Assembly (NCBI RefSeq): GCF_052425735.1
Contig: NC_135771.1
Location: 24,924,116-24,988,000 of the forward strand
DNA length: 63,885 nucleotides
Direction of reading: 5' to 3'
Source of the DNA: Oculina patagonica
Taxonomy: Eukaryota
Positions 63,401-63,885 of this stretch are shown piece after piece. The position numbers were made by a program, and so were the translations under genes. A model generated the notes under the pieces. That model saw only the letters and a program-made list of their open reading frames with translations. It did no database searches and was not told the DNA's origin. The stretch's first letter is position 1. Every line of letters starts with the position of its first letter.

Positions 63401-63640
63401 CGTTTGGTACCTGGTGATGAAAGCGGTTAGGTGCTAACTTGAGTGTCCCGTTTTCTTCCAGTTCCACGTCATAAGATTTCTTGCCATCGTCCGTTGTAAA
63501 TGTCATCGCACGACTCTCGGTTATGACCAAAGTAAACTCGCAGATCGACGTGTAGCAAGATAGAGATTCTGTCTTGCACGAGAAGATTTGGCAGGAAAGA
63601 AAGAAGAGCACAATCAAGATGGCATTCTTCATTTTCGCGA
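60450..63640 (-). repeat. Right arm of a ~3.2-kb inverted duplication (left arm ~38772-42125)
   Basis: The CDS plus ~1 kb of 3' flank match in reverse complement, e.g. 42068-42125 vs 60450-60510 and 41520-41670 vs 60615-60780. Confidence 0.9.
61353..63632 (-). CDS. Multicopper oxidase (laccase-like), type I membrane protein, intronless, 759 aa (copy B)
   Basis: Near-identical paralogue of 38780..41065. ATG at 63632 (MKNAILIVLFF); HWHG, WYHSH, HAMHLHG, HCHVMLHHFEGM. Confidence 0.95.
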   Translation of the reverse strand: MKNAILIVLFFLSCQIFSCKTESLSCYTSICEFTLVITESRAMTFTTDDGKKSYDVELEENGTLKLAPNRFHHQVPNVSLTPQMVHTVDGSSQRKIILVNGLFPGPTLEVVEGAEVAIKVVNEMEKEGVAIHWHGIHMRHNVWMDGVPYVTQCPIIPRASFTYRFIADPPGTHWYHSHNDLQRVDGLYGALIVHRSKERGVIPHFPVVITDWFPVASTEIQLLDPFQFAPVGTAKSVFLPIEKKGASFDGVKLSSMDYWSGLINGRGRKGNNSAPLTVFMATRGKRYRLHIVLASGEFAYRVSIDDHELTVVESDGNPVEPMELESVIVFPGETYVVEFEANQNPGRYWMRATTLRMGYGFENPQPDDIVWDAKAILHYEGTSNMTGDPTSQRRNCTSKSPCKILNCAWPAYRQDLYPNMQCVAFSDLRLDNSRYHGHEGEISLEDENVDVELFLNMAFPIGSSINSRRTIMPSAPLFQHPSTLGLVPCTHDCEKKGCLCSNLITLPANKTVQLVMMSDIFGGLQKGTDFGSKGKAHHAMHLHGYSFQVLKMGFPVVDNITGKILRGNDDIACNWRQDKMCSHPYWTSGSATGLNFDNPPVKDTLVVPAMGYTVVRFRTTNPGYWLFHCHVMLHHFEGMLLIFNVSHEDHPPVPRGFPTCQSFDIGHEEFRKNLEESKKKRQEGSENGEKKTSVDETQEETSKKITEVHVLSAIAAACSSLGILFHLVLLVFLFKMYKRFRPIQAGEEKKVDLVQINKM

Positions 63641-63885
63641 AGTTTGAATTGTACGCAAAATCGTGACTCTCGCCTTGCAAAACAAACCTTAAACAAATAT
63701 CTCATACTGTGTGAAAACACTTGAAAATATTTAGCAATTTTAATTGACTTGACTTGCCTTTTGAAATAGCATCAACCTTAATCCATGTAAACACCCAGTT
63801 TAGCTTCCTATTGGTTTGATCACTGGACTAAAGAACTCCATGGGTGATTCGGCTTTCTCGATCGACTGGAATAATTTAGTTCGGC

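Noticed and set aside
38772-63640. Giant transposon whose TIRs are the laccase arms
   Set aside because: No transposase or integrase, no TSD, and the arms are diverged genes; an inverted gene duplication explains it better.

Overview
Eukaryotic, AT-rich, intron-containing genomic DNA, most likely an anthozoan or stony coral (inferred from the opsin type and the SINE/MITE landscape). From left to right it holds: a decayed LINE endonuclease fragment; an intronless opsin (-) divergent from a 6-exon aldo-keto reductase (+); a 15-21 kb interval with three easily missed single-pass membrane microprotein ORFs, two sharing an AVxIGVFVGxV motif; and a 14-exon RAVER-family RRM gene. The right 25 kb is bracketed by two near-identical, intronless, membrane-anchored multicopper oxidase (laccase-like) genes in inverted orientation. 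They enclose an ANKRD63/34-like gene, a tandem pair of LEG1 genes and a K2P potassium channel. Many SINEs and MITEs (some nested, with readable TSDs), a Penelope-type palindromic hammerhead relic, a 154-N gap and low-quality G/C homopolymer stretches are also present. Exon structures were derived by hand from GT/AG sites and phase continuity. Family calls are from motif recognition, not database searches.
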